Of a DNA stretch of 64,000 nt, positions 25,763-40,479 are shown piece after piece. A model generated the notes under the pieces. It was not told where the DNA came from, searched no databases, and was given only the letters and a program-made list of their open reading frames with translations. Numbering within the stretch: position 1 is the stretch's first letter; each line of letters starts with the position of its first letter. Origin of the DNA: Octopus vulgaris (lineage: Eukaryota); contig OX597818.1 of NCBI GenBank assembly GCA_951406725.2, positions 39,060,001 to 39,124,000 on the forward strand, read 5' to 3'. The position numbers and the translations under genes are program-made.

Positions 25763-28700
25763 ATCATCATCATTGTCATCAACATCATCATCAACATCAT
25801 CATCATCATCATCATCATCATCCTTACCTAACGTTCACTTTCCATGCTGGCATGGGTTAAATGGTTTGATTGGAACAGGTAAGCTGGAGAGCTGCACCAG
25901 GTTCCAGTCTAATTTGGCATGGTTTCAATGGCTGGAAGCCCTTTCTAACACCAACCACCCCAAGGGTGTAGTGGATGTCTTTTACCTGTCACTGGTATGG
26001 ATGCTGGTTACATGACACTGGCATTAGCCACGACTGCAGTTTCACTTGACTTGACATGCCTTCTCAAGCAGTCATTGCCTCTGTGAGGCCCAACGTTCAA
26101 AGACCATGCTTTATCACCTCATCCCATGTATTTCTGGGTCTGCCGCTTCCACAGATTCCCTTCACAGTTAGAGATTGTTACTTCTTTACACAGCTGTCCT
26201 CATCCATGTGCATCACATGACCATATCAGTGCAGTCGTCTCTCTTGCACATCATATCTGATGCCTCTTATGCCCAGTTTTTCTCTTACGAGACTTGCACT
26301 CTGTTGCGCATGCATACTATTGTTGCATAACTAGTGAACATACTAGCTTTATTTCTTTCAAGTATTTGCATGTTCTCTATGGTCACAACCCACATTTCAT
26401 TTCTGTGTAGCATGGCTGTTTGCACACAGGCATCATACAATCTGCCTTTCACTCTGAGAAAAAGGTCCCTTGTTATCAACAAAGGGAAAAGATCTCTGAA
26501 GTTTGCCTAGCCTATTCTTATTCTAGCAGCTATACACTTGGAACATCCACCTCAGATGCTGATTTGGTTACCTAGATAACAGAAGCTATCAACTACTAGG
26601 TATACCCCTGTCATTTGATAGTTTATTTTCTGTATATTCCTGGTGTTGATTGTATCAGTACACCTGTCACACAAAAAGACAATTTTCCTTGTTAACCTTC
26701 CTCTGATATTGCTGCACCTCTTATGTGTCCAGAGCTTGCATCAAGTACATCTTATGGTGTTTCTACCTACACCTTTTATACATATTAAGCAGGGCCATCT
26801 AGCAGAAGAGATTTGTGATTTGTCAGCTTTTCTACTTAGTATAACTTTGATTTTCATTAGATTAGCCCAAGGGTTCTTTGATTCTAGACCAAGGTCATCA
26901 GCATAGAGGAGCCCCTAGAAGCAGCTAGGGGCTCCTCTACAATGAACAAGAGGAGGTCAAGGACTTATTCTTGGTAAACCCCTACTTCTACCCTGAATTC
27001 ATTGTTATAATTGTTATATTTGTTACCAACTCTCACCTTACTGATAGTATCCCTGTACATGGCTTGTGCATCTCTCCCCAACCACTCATCTATCCCTAGT
27101 TTCACATCTGCCACCAGATAAAGGAGTGGAGGACCCTGTCAACGGCTTTCTCCATGTCAACAAAAGCCAAATACAGGAGTTTATGTTTGACTAGGTACTT
27201 CTCCTGCAGCTGCCTTACCAGGAATATAGCACTAATGGTGCTTCTTCCTGGGACAAAACCAAACTGTAGCTCATCTGGACTAACTCTCTTCCTAATTAGT
27301 TATGTTATGACCCTCTCCATAACTTTAATCACCTGATCCAACAATTTGATACCTCTATAAGTATTTCTAAGGCATCACCTTTACTTTTGTAGCAGTTGAT
27401 TATGGTGCTGCTATACCAGTCATTGAGTATGACTCCCTTGTGTACAATCTGGTTTACTATTTGGGTGACTAGACCATAACCTACATCACCAGGTATTTTA
27501 AACAGCTCATCAGTGATTTCTGATGGACCAATGAAGTGGCTTTTCTGGTCTTCATATCCTTCATGGCTTTATCTACCATGCTACTCTCTATTCAGATTGC
27601 TGGTCTCTCTGCTCGATCCACTTTAAGCAGACTCTCCTTCTCACATGCATTTTCTACATTCAGTAGCTTTTCATAGTGATACTTTCAGGCCTCTTTCTTT
27701 GCACAGTCACTAACTGCAAGTGAGCTATCATCCATGCAAACACTCTTCTCTCCAACAACATCATGCTTTTCTCTGGCACACTGTCTTGCAAGCCAGAACA
27801 CTTCAAGCCACTGGTCCTCATGCTGCAGAACATTGGCAAACTTCTTCTTTTCTGCATTGCCCCTAGCTAAACACACCTGATTCCTAGCTTCCTTCTAGCT
27901 GCCTGATACAGCTCCATGCTACTGCCATCCTTCCAGTTTTTCCAAGTCTTTCTTTGTTCTAATGGCCCTCTCACCTACACTGTTCCACCACCCTAGGTCT
28001 GGTTGGGACTTTGCACCACCCACAAATTTGGTCTGTGACTCTCAGTAAGTTGTCTCATAGGAACTTCCAGTTATTATCTATGTTACAAGTTGGTAACTTC
28101 TCCTTCTCCTCCTCTTTCTCAGCAAATGCTTCAGTTAAGATGTCTCTAAATGTCTGACTATTCAAAGGATTCTCAAGCTTCCATACCCTTCTTTTCCAAA
28201 CTGGCTTGCTTCTTCACCAGGGAAGGACTTTGCATTTATGAGCAACCGTGAATCCCACTTTCTGGTGAGAATGTAATCAATCTGGCTAGCATGGTCACCG
28301 GATTTATAGGTTGGATGGAAGCACTCCGTCGGTTACGACGATGAGGGTTCTGGTTGATCCGAATCAACGGAACAGCCTGCTCATGAAATTAACGTGTAAG
28401 TGGCTGAGCACTCCATAGACACGTGCACCCTTTATGTAGTTCTCGGGGATATTCAGCGTGACACAGAGAGTGACAAGGCCGGCCCCTTGAAATACAGGTA
28501 CAACAGAAACAGGAAGTAAGAGTGAGAGAAAGTTGTGGTGAAAGAGTACAGCAGGGATCACCACCATCCCCTGCCGGAGCCTTGTGGAGCTTTTAGGTGT
28601 TTTCGCTCAATAAACACTCACAACGCCCGGTCTGGGAATCGAAACCGCGATCGTATGACCGCGAGTCCGCTGCCCTAACCACTTAGCCATTGCGCCTCCA

Positions 28701-28830
28701 CTGGATTTATAGGTTATCAGGTGACTGGCTAACTTTCTGAAGTTGGTGTTGCAGATCGTTGAGTCATTTTGCATCACAGAACTCCAGCAGTTTAGTTCCC
28801 TCCGGTTATGGGAGAATCCTGAATACCCCC
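25763..28830 (-). mobile_element. long decayed RTE LINE (endonuclease to (GAT)n tail), interrupted by a SINE
   Basis: VKGRLYDACVQTAMLH, AFVDMEKA.DRV and QIDYIL-like motifs; frameshifted. Confidence 0.85.
28313..28702 (-). mobile_element. SINE family C nested in RTE LINE, 13-bp TSD
   Basis: ggatttataggtt at 28300-28312 and 28703-28715. Confidence 0.9.
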
Positions 28831-30093
28831 ATGTGACTAAAGCTAGATTAACTGATTAAGAACTGTGTGAACTGTCAGGGGGCAGTTGATGGTGTTAGTA
28901 CAATCATATTGTTTTATTGTTAGTTTGATATGTGGTGGTTTAATAGTCGGCAGTTGGACAGTGAATCCTTAAGCTTAATGTCAGTAGCCATCCCCTAGTT
29001 TATGAAAAAAATTACAAAAATCCTTGTATAGAACTGTGCACTTCGCAGTTCCAGGAACACAGTGTTTGGTTGTTGTGTGCATGATCCCATGTCCAAAATA
29101 GGGAACTTCACATCAGGGAGAGACAGCACTGTTGTTCACACAGTGCCAGTGAAAGGTAGTGTTTCTTTTTGACTCTGTGTGTTGTGCTTAAAAACATGTT
29201 TATATTCTTGAATGTGATAAAGTGTAGAATTAGATTATTATCCTGCTTCCAGCTACAGTGTTGCTGCCAGGCTTTGAAAAATAGGGCAGATTTTCCCCAC
29301 TTATTTTGTGATTTAAGGATTTTTAAAAAAAAAAACAAGGGGGAATTCACAATGGTGTTCAGTGAACAAATTAAACACACTACCCGGCAGTGGCTAAGAC
29401 ATGAAGTTTATGTATAAATATTCTTTTTATATGTTTGTTTCCTTTTACACAATATTAAAACAAGAGTTAAAAATTTTCTGAAGCAGTACCCCCACTTATT
29501 CTATCTATGAGCCACCACTGGTACAGAGAAACTGTAGGCTTGAAAATAGCCAGTTCTGAGATGCAGAGGTCACTGTAGTAGAGGCATGTAGAAAAGGCAG
29601 AGTGAGATAGAGAAGACTGCATGTCTGTAAGCTAGCAGTTGGAGTAGTACTATGAGTTGTTTAGTTTTCTTTTGTATATAACTGTAGTATTGTCATGGAT
29701 CATTATCTTGAGCTGCAATATAAACTAAAATTTTATTCATAGAATATTCTCCACTCATTTTCTTAGTAACAGAGAAATCTGGGTTTGGACCTTGCCCTAT
29801 GGATTTTATATGGCTATAAAGGAGTTAGTTATATGAAGAACACCATGCTGCACTAATACTTAAAACTAACTGTCTTTGAGATGACCTCACTCTATTCTAG
29901 TTTTTATTTTTCCAGTGTAAAAGATGAATTTCTACATCTTGGTTAGAACAGTTCTTATTCTGTTTTAATATCATTTAAACGTATACATAAAATTAAGTAA
30001 TTTAAAATTAGAATACAAAGATATAAACAAAACTATTTACCATAAGAAAAGTTTTCTGACAATGTCTATATGATTTATGTCTTCTTTTTATAG

Positions 30094-30234
30094 AGACCTC
30101 AAAACCAGGTGAAATATTTCATGGCATCAAGTAATGCAGTAGAAATCCAGCAATATTTTACAATTGATGAAACTAGTGGAGAAATCAAACTAATAAACAG
30201 TTTGACTCAGGATACTTCAAAATCTTCATTTCGG
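30094..30234 (+). CDS. cadherin exon 9 (short, 47 aa RPQNQVKY...FTIDETSGEI...SSFR)
   Basis: ttttatag|AGA...CGG|gtaag. Confidence 0.91.
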
Positions 30235-30933
30235 GTAAGGGAGAACTTTCTTTTATCTAATACTTCATGTTCTTCAAATCTGGTAAGCTTCTTTTAAAAC
30301 ATTATGTCCATTCAGGTGCTTAGTTGCCTTCTGATTAAAGAAATTTGACTTTTCTGTTGCTAGAGCTTTTGGAAACACCTATAAAACATGGGTAGCTTCA
30401 CAATATTCCACAAATATCTAATTTGTTAAAGCTGCCAATCACTACAAAGATTTTGATTAGTTATTTACATGCCAGAAGTTGTCTCAGAATTGCCAGCTGT
30501 TATTCAACATCTTTATTTAATTCTGGTAGCTTGTTTGTGTCAATCATGATCTTTGCTACTGGCTGAATATTCTCCAGTGACAGGGCAATGCAATGTAATG
30601 CAATGTGGAGCACATATTATTTGCTACAGATAACAAATGGAGAATCCTTGTAAAGCTATTCTTAGTCTTCTTCATTGATATTCTTCTTGATGTAATTCCT
30701 TACTTTTTATAACACATTCTTCATTTAAGAGTATTGTATTAGACCTTCATATGAGATTTATCATAAATTTTCTTCATGTTACGTTTCAAATTTTAATTTT
30801 AATAAAATTTTATCGTTATAGATACTGATGTAAATATTCCTTATAATTATTCAACATAGATTTGTTTTTCATAGTATGACTTTAACATTTTACAAGAAAT
30901 TCTACTAATTAATTCATCTGATTTTTCTTACAG

Positions 30934-31119
30934 TTCAATATCGTGGCTATTGACATGGGGAAGCCACCTCGTCAAAGTAATCCAGCCCAAGTAGTTGTAA
31001 ATGTTCAGCGAAATGGTTTCCCTCCAGTTTTTCCACTAGGAAATTATGAAACGACTATATCAAGAAATACCTTAATAAACACAAATATTTTTAAAGTTAC
31101 AGCTTCTGACAGAGATACG
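30934..31119 (+). CDS. cadherin exon 10 (long, 62 aa FNIVAIDMGKPPR...TASDRDT)
   Basis: cttacag|TTC...ACG|gtaaa. Confidence 0.92.
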
Positions 31120-31159
31120 GTAAAGAGATCTTTTTTGCTGAATGATGAAGAGACTAAGA

Positions 31160-31178
31160 TAATAATAATGACAATAAG

Positions 31179-31211
<33 letters not shown>

Positions 31212-31775
31212 TAATAATAGTAATAATGATGATGATGATGATTTCATTTATTTGCCACCAGGGTGAAGGATGAGGGAGACAATACAAAACAGACATAAAG
31301 TGTTGGGGTTTACATATAATGAAATGATAAATGAATAAATAAATAAATAAATAAATAGCAAGGAGTAAGTATACACGGTATATCCTGAAAAAAAAAGGTA
31401 CATATACATAGTATACAAGGGTTAAAAAAAAGGTGGGGGTGATAGAGATGTAGTCCTCCTGATACAGGATGACCTCTTGGGATAACTGAAGAACCCCCTC
31501 TGCCCAATATCTCTCTGAACACCAAGGGCAAGTGCCCCCTCCAATTTCCTTTCTCTGAGTCACAGGTCTACATTTAGACTGGTACCAACCACACTTGCCA
31601 TTTTCACAACTTTCACCCACCTTTCAATAAATTCACTCAAGGACAGCACTTCCCTCTCCACCCTCAGTTTCCTTTTCAAGTAAAACTTGCAGAAGTCAAT
31701 GAGACCTCTACCAAAGAGGAATGTATCTGTGCTTATGCCTTTCAGCCTTTTCCACCAGACAAGCTCTTTCACCAG
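31160..31775 (-). mobile_element. L1/Tx1-like LINE 3' end with AATAAA and simple-repeat tail
   Basis: KELVWWKR...EFIERW C-terminal pattern (ORF 31560..31772). Confidence 0.6.
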
Positions 31776-33924
31776 AGATATAAAAATAATAAGAATAATA
31801 GCAAATAACTTGCCAAATACATAAGATAAAAAAATAAGACTTGGAAAACCCTTTTAGCTGTCATGAACAATGGTACTCGTGATTTAGCCTTATCCTTTTA
31901 TGAACTGGGTTTAAATATCATGAATTTATCTTTCACCCCTCTACAAGTGACAAAATAATTACTGGGGGTAGATAAAATTAATTATCTTTTTTTTCCAGAA
32001 TTCTATAATTTTAATCCAGAGTTAGAAACCCTCCCTTCCCCACTCAACATAATAATCACCTTAGCATCTTCATTAACCAGAAAAAGTCAATTGTCTTACT
32101 GCTCAGTACTGGAGAGGTAAATTCACACTGGCTGGTATCATGGTTCACATAACCACTGGTCCAATTAAGATGCTTAGAGTTTGGATTAGGTGAAATCTTC
32201 AAATAGATAGGAGCTAAGATGTGGTTATTAGTAGGATGGCCAGTTTCATACAGAAAAGGGGTGAGAGAAGACTAAGTTGGGTAGGGGTATTGAGTGCATT
32301 CATCATTTCCTCAATTATTACTGCTTGAGTATCTGTTCTTTTGCAAGTGTAAAAGGGTTGCATCTGTCTATAAAAGGAGCCATCATGATTGATATAGAAG
32401 CCTGTACTGAAGCTTTGATATCTGCAAAGATTCCAGAATGATGGTTGCTGCGTGTTAGGCATGTCTTCCAACTGCTTGTCACTTGTCAGTGCTGAAGTCC
32501 TGAGTCAAGCAAAAACCATAGTTTGGTACCTGGCATCTGTAACAGCTGTAGGCATTAGGGTTCTCTATCTGTCAGGTAAAATGGCCAGTAATACATCAAT
32601 CATAATATATATAAAGATTTAGAAATGGACAAGAGTGCTGGCGTTTTGAAGGAGCTCCAGGTATTAATGAAAATAAAGAGATATCTTGGAGCAGTTTTAG
32701 CCATGGACTATGGGCAATTTCCAGAAATACTCGTCTTGCTCGTGCTACTGGAGCTAATACTTCTCAATACCAAATTTTTTTGATAGTTAATTCTGTGTAA
32801 ACCTCAACAGTTTTGTAATTAGCCTTTGTAAAGCACCTTCATTCATCATTCTTGTCGAAAATAAAAGAAATCATTATTGTCTAATCAGTCTGAAATGTGT
32901 ACAGAATATTGAAACTTTTCTGCATGTATTCATTCAGTGACATTGTTAAGTTGTAGGACTTTTCAACTAGCTGTTGTTGCATTTGGGACACATCCAGCAA
33001 TTGGTCAAGTTCATCGTAATAATTATTCAGCCACCTTCCATTGTCTGGAAAAGTCAAAAGTTGTTTTCTATTGAGTGGCTACGGAATAAAAGGTTGCATG
33101 ATGGAGATAACTGAAAGGACCATGAACAAACTTTCTCCTTGGCTAAACCCTCATCAACTTTTTAAAAGGCATTTTATGTACCCTGCTAAAACAGGGCATG
33201 TAAATAAAGACATAAATAATGATATTTTCATTCAATATTTAGGTCATTTAAAAATTACATTTTAATTATATTCTCTTTACAAAGATCAATGATATATTTT
33301 AATTTTTATACATCCCTCCCAACTTTTTTTTTGTTGTTGTGTGTCCTGCTTTGTCCCTGATTCCATCTTGGAATATAAGTTGATGGTTCTTACTTATAAT
33401 TCCAGAAAAGTTATTTTAAATTAAGTTACATTGTTTTTTAGATATCTTACTTTAGTTTTCCTTCATAATTCTGAAGCAGAGTTACTACAAAATTAAAATA
33501 CTGAAGATGTAACACTACTGTTATGACTGAAGCCTTGTAATATCTGTTGTACTGTGCTTATATCTGAATACCGAGCTAAATATTTTCACATGTTTAAAAT
33601 TACTAGAATGAAAGTTGTATCATGGAATGCTTTTCTCATTGCTAATCAATTATGTTTGAAGTGGACTTGATATGTAGTTTTATGTAAAGGTAAAAAAACA
33701 GGATTACTGAATACCTTAAAAGAAAATTTTTAAAAACTGATCTGCTTAATGAGGGCTACTGCAGGACTAAACAGCAATAAAAAGTAATATACAAACTCTT
33801 TGAGGAAGAACATTTTTTTCCTGAATATATTCCTTGCAATAACCTCTTGGTTAAAATTGTACTGAAATAGTATACCATAATTTTAAAAATTTAAATATTC
33901 ATTTTTGGATTTTGAATCTTATAG

Positions 33925-34056
33925 GTTTCTCCATATAACAAAATTTCGTATGACATTATTGGAAACCCAAAAGCCGACGAGTTCTACAGAATTGACTCAA
34001 CTGGTCAGATATCACTCAAGAAATCTGTTGATCGAGAAGATGAAACAGTTTACTTT
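33925..34056 (+). CDS. cadherin exon 11 (short, 44 aa VSPYNKISYDIIG...VDREDETVYF)
   Basis: cttatag|GTT...TTT|gtaag; only repeat retaining a DRE motif. Confidence 0.92.
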
Positions 34057-34299
34057 GTAAGTTTAACAAAAAAAATATTTTCATATTTTTTTCATTTTGT
34101 CATTATATCTTAATTAAATGTTCATTTCATCAATTCAATTGAAAGTTTTAAATATGAGTAAATTTTCAACTCAACAATTATTTCATGTATAAACAAAGCT
34201 ACTTTATGAAAATCTGCATGATGCTGAATGTAAAGAGAAAAAATAAATTTATTCATGATTATAGCTATAATAAACATTAATAGTGAATGAAAATATTAG

Positions 34300-34662
34300 T
34301 GGTGCAGGAGTGGCTGTGTGGTAAGTAGCTTGCTTACCAATCACAGGGTTCCGGGTTCAGTCCCACTGCATAGCACCTTGGGCAAGTGCCTTCTACTATA
34401 GCCTCGGGCCGAATAAAGCCTTGTGAGTGGATTTGATAAACAGAAACTATGTGTTTGTGTGTCTGTTTGTTCCCCACCCCCAACATCACTTGACAACCGA
34501 TGCTGGTGTGTTTATGTCCCCATAACTTAGCGGTTTGGCAAAAGAGACCGATAGAATAAGTACTAGGCTTACAAAGAATAAGTCCTGGGGTCGATTTGCT
34601 CGACTAAAGGCAGTGCTCCAGCATGGCTGCAGTCAAATGACTGAAACAAGTAAAAGAGCAAA
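34300..34662 (+). mobile_element. SINE family A
   Basis: colinear with family A. Confidence 0.9.
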
Positions 34663-35399
34663 AGAGGGGAAACATTAAAATAATAACAAAACTGTTATGG
34701 AATGTGCAGAAATGTACAGAATAATGAGCAAATAGAACAGAGGTAGCTGTATCAATAAGTGCAGACATGGCTAAATGGATAAGAAACTTCATAACCACTG
34801 TGAAACAACTTATCCAAGAGCTTAAGGCTAACCACTGATTTGTGAGAGAATTTGGTAAATGGAAAAAGAAGCTCATCATATGTGTGTGCGTTTGGGTTTA
34901 TATGCTTTTTATTGGCATGTGTATCAAGTTTCTAACTTTATGTTTCCTTCTCACTACTTGACAATTGGTGTTTGTTTTTGCCAAGTAGCTTAAGTGGTTT
35001 GATGAAAAAAAAAAAAGAGATCAGTAGAATAAGGTGTTAGTCTTGATATAAATACCAGGATTGATGTGATTGATTAAAACTTTTCAAACTGGTATCTTAG
35101 CATGGTCACAATCAAAGACTGGAACAAGTAAAATAACAATCGAATAAAAACATGTGGAGTGGAATAGTCAGACTAGGCAATAGACTTTTATCAGATAAGA
35201 TGTTTCCATGGTTATTGATTTGTAAATTTAAATGTTGATTAGTATAACTTCTTTTTTATACAATTTCCCTATATTCTGTGTGAAGGACATAGTAAAAATC
35301 TTTAACAGCCCCACAAAGGCTGATGTCTGGATAATATTTTTACAAATGAGATCTTCTCCTTCATATAAACATAGCATTCTATAAAGATCTTCAATTAGA

Positions 35400-35840
35400 A
35401 AATCTGAGGTTAATCATCAACATATAAATTTCTGATATTTTGCATGTCATTTGTTCTTTGCCATAGCTCCATATTGCTTATGTATTCGGGCCATCTAATT
35501 TTAAGTATACTATGCAAGCATCTGTTGAAGAATGATTGTATTTGCTTATTTGACTTAACTGGGAGCAAATATTTAAGAAAAAGTGGAAGTGGATTGGTAG
35601 CACAATTAGAAAAGACACACCAAATGTAGCGAAAAGTACTTTACAGTGGAACCCGGATGGATATAGAAGGAGAGGTAGGCCTAAGAACTTGTGGCGGAGA
35701 TCAACACAAAAGGAACCAGAGAATCGGGGACATTCATGGCAGAGTATAAGTACAGAAGCCAAAAATTATGTGACATGGAATTCAACTATAAGCGGCCTAC
35801 ACTCCGCATTGGAGGGTTAAAGGCATAAACAAAACAAAAA
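35400..35840 (+). mobile_element. RTE-clade LINE 3' fragment (distinct family)
   Basis: KKWKWIGSTIRK...LQWNPDGYRRRGRPKNLWRRS. Confidence 0.75.
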
Positions 35841-36574
35841 AATTTGGCATATCTTTGTGGATACAACATCAACCAGGAAGTACATCTAAGATAAAAACCA
35901 TTGACCCACATTTCAATAATTAGACATCTGTTCCTGTTTTTGTTTGATATAAATGAATATTAATTTAATATTAAGTATTGAAATTAACTACTATAGCATT
36001 AAGCTGACAAGAACCTTGTTGGTAAATGAAACCAGAAGGAAGCTAGTCTTATGTGTGTGAACACACACACATGCACATGTATGTGTGTGTGTTCTTGTCA
36101 TTGAGTTCAGACGTCCCTTTCATAAAAATTGCACCATTCACTTGCAATCTTCCATAAAACCATGACTTGCTTTTGAGCTGTTTGTGTTCAAATGATCACA
36201 AAACAAATTAATTTACCTGGATGATTGATGAAAGAAAGATTATCAATATGTAAAAAAAATCTACTTCAACAAATTTTGTCTGTTCCATGGAAGCCTCAAA
36301 AAGTGGACATTAAAACATTGATGATAATGATTGTGGTGGTGGTGATGATGATGATGATGATGATGATGATGGTGGCGGGGGTGGGGGTGATGATGATGAC
36401 AACGATGATGTTGCTGAATATCAAAAAAATTAATCAATAACTTACATTAAAACTGTTTTAACAGTTCTTAATGTTTTCTCGTGATATAAGTGTTTTAGCA
36501 TTCTGTAATTGTTTTTCCTTGCTTTCATAATGTTACCACGTCCCTAAGAGTTTTTCTTTACTGTTATCTTTTAG

Positions 36575-36769
36575 ATTCGCGTGCGAGCACTTGATGGTGA
36601 TCTCCAAACTTTAAACCGCAAATCGGCAACTGCTGTAGTCACAGTTTATATCAATAGAAATTTATTTGCCCCAAGTCTGACACAAGCAACTTATACACAA
36701 ACAATTAAAGAAACTGATGCCCCAGGTTCAGTTGTCCTAACATTACAATCAAATGACAATGATGTAGCG
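36575..36769 (+). CDS. cadherin exon 12 (long, 65 aa IRVRALDGD...SNDNDVA)
   Basis: cttttag|ATT...GCG|gtatg. Confidence 0.92.
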
Positions 36770-37794
36770 GTATGGATTGTTTTTCTCCTTATTTGTTCCT
36801 TATACTTTTCAACTTCTGCTTATGACTCATGTTTAAATGTAATTTTCATATGCTATGAAATCATTGTCTTTTTTGAGCCATACATCTAAAACCAGGATTT
36901 CAGAAAATAGTGGCAACTTAATATGCCTAACATTTAAAGACAAATTTGTAACAATTTTTAATGACAGTGCAAAAATTAAATATGATAAAAAATACTTCCT
37001 TTAATATTAATGACTTACATTCTAACCAATCTATTTAATAGGTTATTTTATGATATATAAATATCATTAATAGGTATAAGAAACATGTTACAATTATTGG
37101 TAATGATTCCTATGTAGTGCATTGTAACAGAATGGTGTGCAACTCAAAATACTTAGGTACAACACAAAATTATATGAAAAAAAAAAATGAAAAATTTAAA
37201 CAACTATGCTTTGTCTATTGAATAAAGAAGTGCTAATAATTTTCTGTGGTTTAAATTATAAATATTGGCTGAAATAACAAAAATTCCCTACTAGTGCTAA
37301 TTGTAACTCTGATGGGCTACAACTCTGAAAACATACTAATGATACATATTTTATACAGAATATTTTACAATTAAAAACATATATTTTTTTTTAATAAAAT
37401 GTAGAATTATAATTTTGTAATACATTTTTCCCTCCTTAAAACATTTTATGTACAAAAACAGTGCTTTTTATTCTCGTATATGTCTTGAGTATAAAAAGAT
37501 CACTGGACTATGGTAAAAGTCAATGTTTTCCTTGGTTATTGTCAAGGGTTTAAGAGTCCAAGCCAAGAGTGCTAAATTCATTTTGATTTTCTGGGCTGGG
37601 CTGAAGCATTACCTAGTTCATGCAGGTCGGATAAGGACAGTTATTTGTAAAAAAATTATTTGTAATGTAAACCAAAATAAATGGGCAAAAGAGAAAATAA
37701 AAATTATAGCAATTTTATTAAGAATAAAGGAAAGTCTATGAAGAAGTATTTAAGTTTGTGTGCAGAGTTGTGTGAGGAAAGATCATTCACGAGG

Positions 37795-37843
37795 TACATA
37801 TATATATACATATATATACATACATACATACATAAATACATAT

Positions 37844-37877
<34 letters not shown>

Positions 37878-38225
37878 GTATATATATGTATATATATATG
37901 TATATATATGTATATATATATGTATATATATGTATATATGTATGTATATATATATGTATATATATATATGTGCGTATATATATATATACATATATATATA
38001 TATAAATATATACTATATATAGGTTTATGGCCATATATATATGTATATATATATGTATAGCATATATATATGTATATATATATGTATATAGTATGTATAT
38101 ATATATGTAGATATATATGTATATGAGACATATCCGGGTGTATGTATATATCCGGTACTGTATATGATATGTATATATATATGTCCAATGTACTTATGTA
38201 TATGTATTTTGTGTGGTATATATGT

Positions 38226-38256
<31 letters not shown>

Positions 38257-38507
38257 TATATGTATATATATATGTATATATAGTTATGTATATTGTATGT
38301 ATATATATATTGTATGTATATATTTGTATGTGGATATATATATGTATATATGGATGTATATATATATGTATATATATATGTATATATACATATGTATATA
38401 TATATGAATATATACATATATATATATGTATATATATATGTATATATATATTGTATATGTATATATATATATATGTATATATATATGTATATATATATAT
38501 GTATATA

Positions 38508-38564
<57 letters not shown>

Positions 38565-38815
38565 TATATAGTATATATAGGTGTAGTATATATATATATA
38601 TATGTAATATATATATATATACGTATATATATATATATGGAATATATATATATATGTATTATATATATATTATATGTCAATTATGCTATATATATATATA
38701 TGTATGTAGCTATATATGTTGTATGTATATAGGTCTCTGATGTTGTTATATATATTATATATATATATATATATGTATATATATGTATATATATATATGT
38801 ATGTATATATATATG

Positions 38816-38868
<53 letters not shown>

Positions 38869-38909
38869 GTATGTATATATATATGTATATATATGTATAT
38901 ATATATATA

Positions 38910-38962
<53 letters not shown>
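37795..38962. repeat. long (TA)n/(TATG)n array containing colinear islands of a CR1-like LINE
   Basis: islands matching 6403-7105 embedded in TA repeats. Confidence 0.85.
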
Positions 38963-38964
<2 letters not shown>

Positions 38965-39180
38965 CAATAAGAAAATGGAGGGGATCAGTAGATGGTTCAT
39001 CAACTTTTAGACATTATATTATGTTAACTTATTTATTTATTTACTAAACTGATAATTACTATAATATACATACATGTATAACATATTATGCTTTACATAT
39101 AAGATATAAAATATATTAATAAATAAGGATACCAGTAATTATTATAAAATAACATACATGAATATAAATTGGGAAAATAA

Positions 39181-39300
39181 CTTACAGCTGTTTCAGCCAA
39201 GAGGTAAAAATACCTCATTCTACCTTTATTAATTAAGTGGACTGAAGTAATAGGTAGATGAAATCGAGGTACTTGGCTATATCTCTAGGCTTCGTCAGAG
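39181..39300 (-). ncRNA. type I hammerhead motif with extended stem II, in a Penelope-like terminal remnant
   Basis: CU-CUGACGA-AGCC...GGCU-GAAAC-agcu-GUA-AG. Confidence 0.7.
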
Positions 39301-40230
39301 ATTATAAAGTACATAATGTTAAGTTTTAGTTAAGTTTTAGATAAATATAGATATAAAATAAATAAAAATACACACACATTTGAATACTTATATATATATG
39401 TATACATATATATATGTGTGGTTATATATGTATATAGCTACATGTATATATATATGTATATATATATGTATAGGTGTATATATGTATATATATATATATG
39501 TGATATATATATGTAGGCGGAAGTATACTGCCGTGTATATGTATATATGTATGTAGGTATATGTATATCCGATATATGTATATATATATGTATATAGCTA
39601 TACATAAATATGTATATATATACTGAATATGTACATATATATGTATGCATATATATAAGCATATATATATAATGTTATTACTAATATGTATTATATATAT
39701 ATGTATGTATATATGTTATTCACAATGTATATATATATGTATGAATATATATGTATGTACATATATATGATATGTTTTGAAAGTTATAAGGATAGTAATT
39801 TTACAATCAATATATCAATATATCATAAAGTTTTGTCAAAACTAATCTGCATACACATGAGGAACGTATATATGCATATGCCCACATACATATATGGACA
39901 AACATATATATACATATATATTTTTCCATTCAAACATACTTATATTTACATACGTATTATATGTTTTGGAATGTAGGATAATTCGCAGACTAATTTATAT
40001 TTATATATATATATAGAGAAACGTGGTATACTTTCTTCTCCGTTGTTTATTATTATTGCAGCAGTTTAAATCTTGCGGGAAGTGGGGAGGGATTATTTTT
40101 ATTCATTTACTTAATCTAATTGGTTAACAATTTTTTTTAATTACTTTGTCTCAGTTATGGTTGGTTAATTGATAACCGATGAAATAAGACAAATTGTAAA
40201 CAGAACAAAAGTAGTTGAAAATGTGAATTC

Positions 40231-40277
<47 letters not shown>

Positions 40278-40433
40278 TATATAAATATATATACACACGC
40301 AGACAAACATTCACACACAGACATATGAATAAATGGTTGAAGTGATATACTAAGGGGATATTATTTTAATATATTTTAATATACATATGAGAAGTAAGTT
40401 ATTACAAGTTATTTAGAAGAATATATATATATG

Positions 40434-40479
<46 letters not shown>

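Noticed and set aside
29257-29520. Possible hAT MITE (cagtgttg...caccactg)
   Set aside because: Terminal match too short and no convincing 8-bp TSD.
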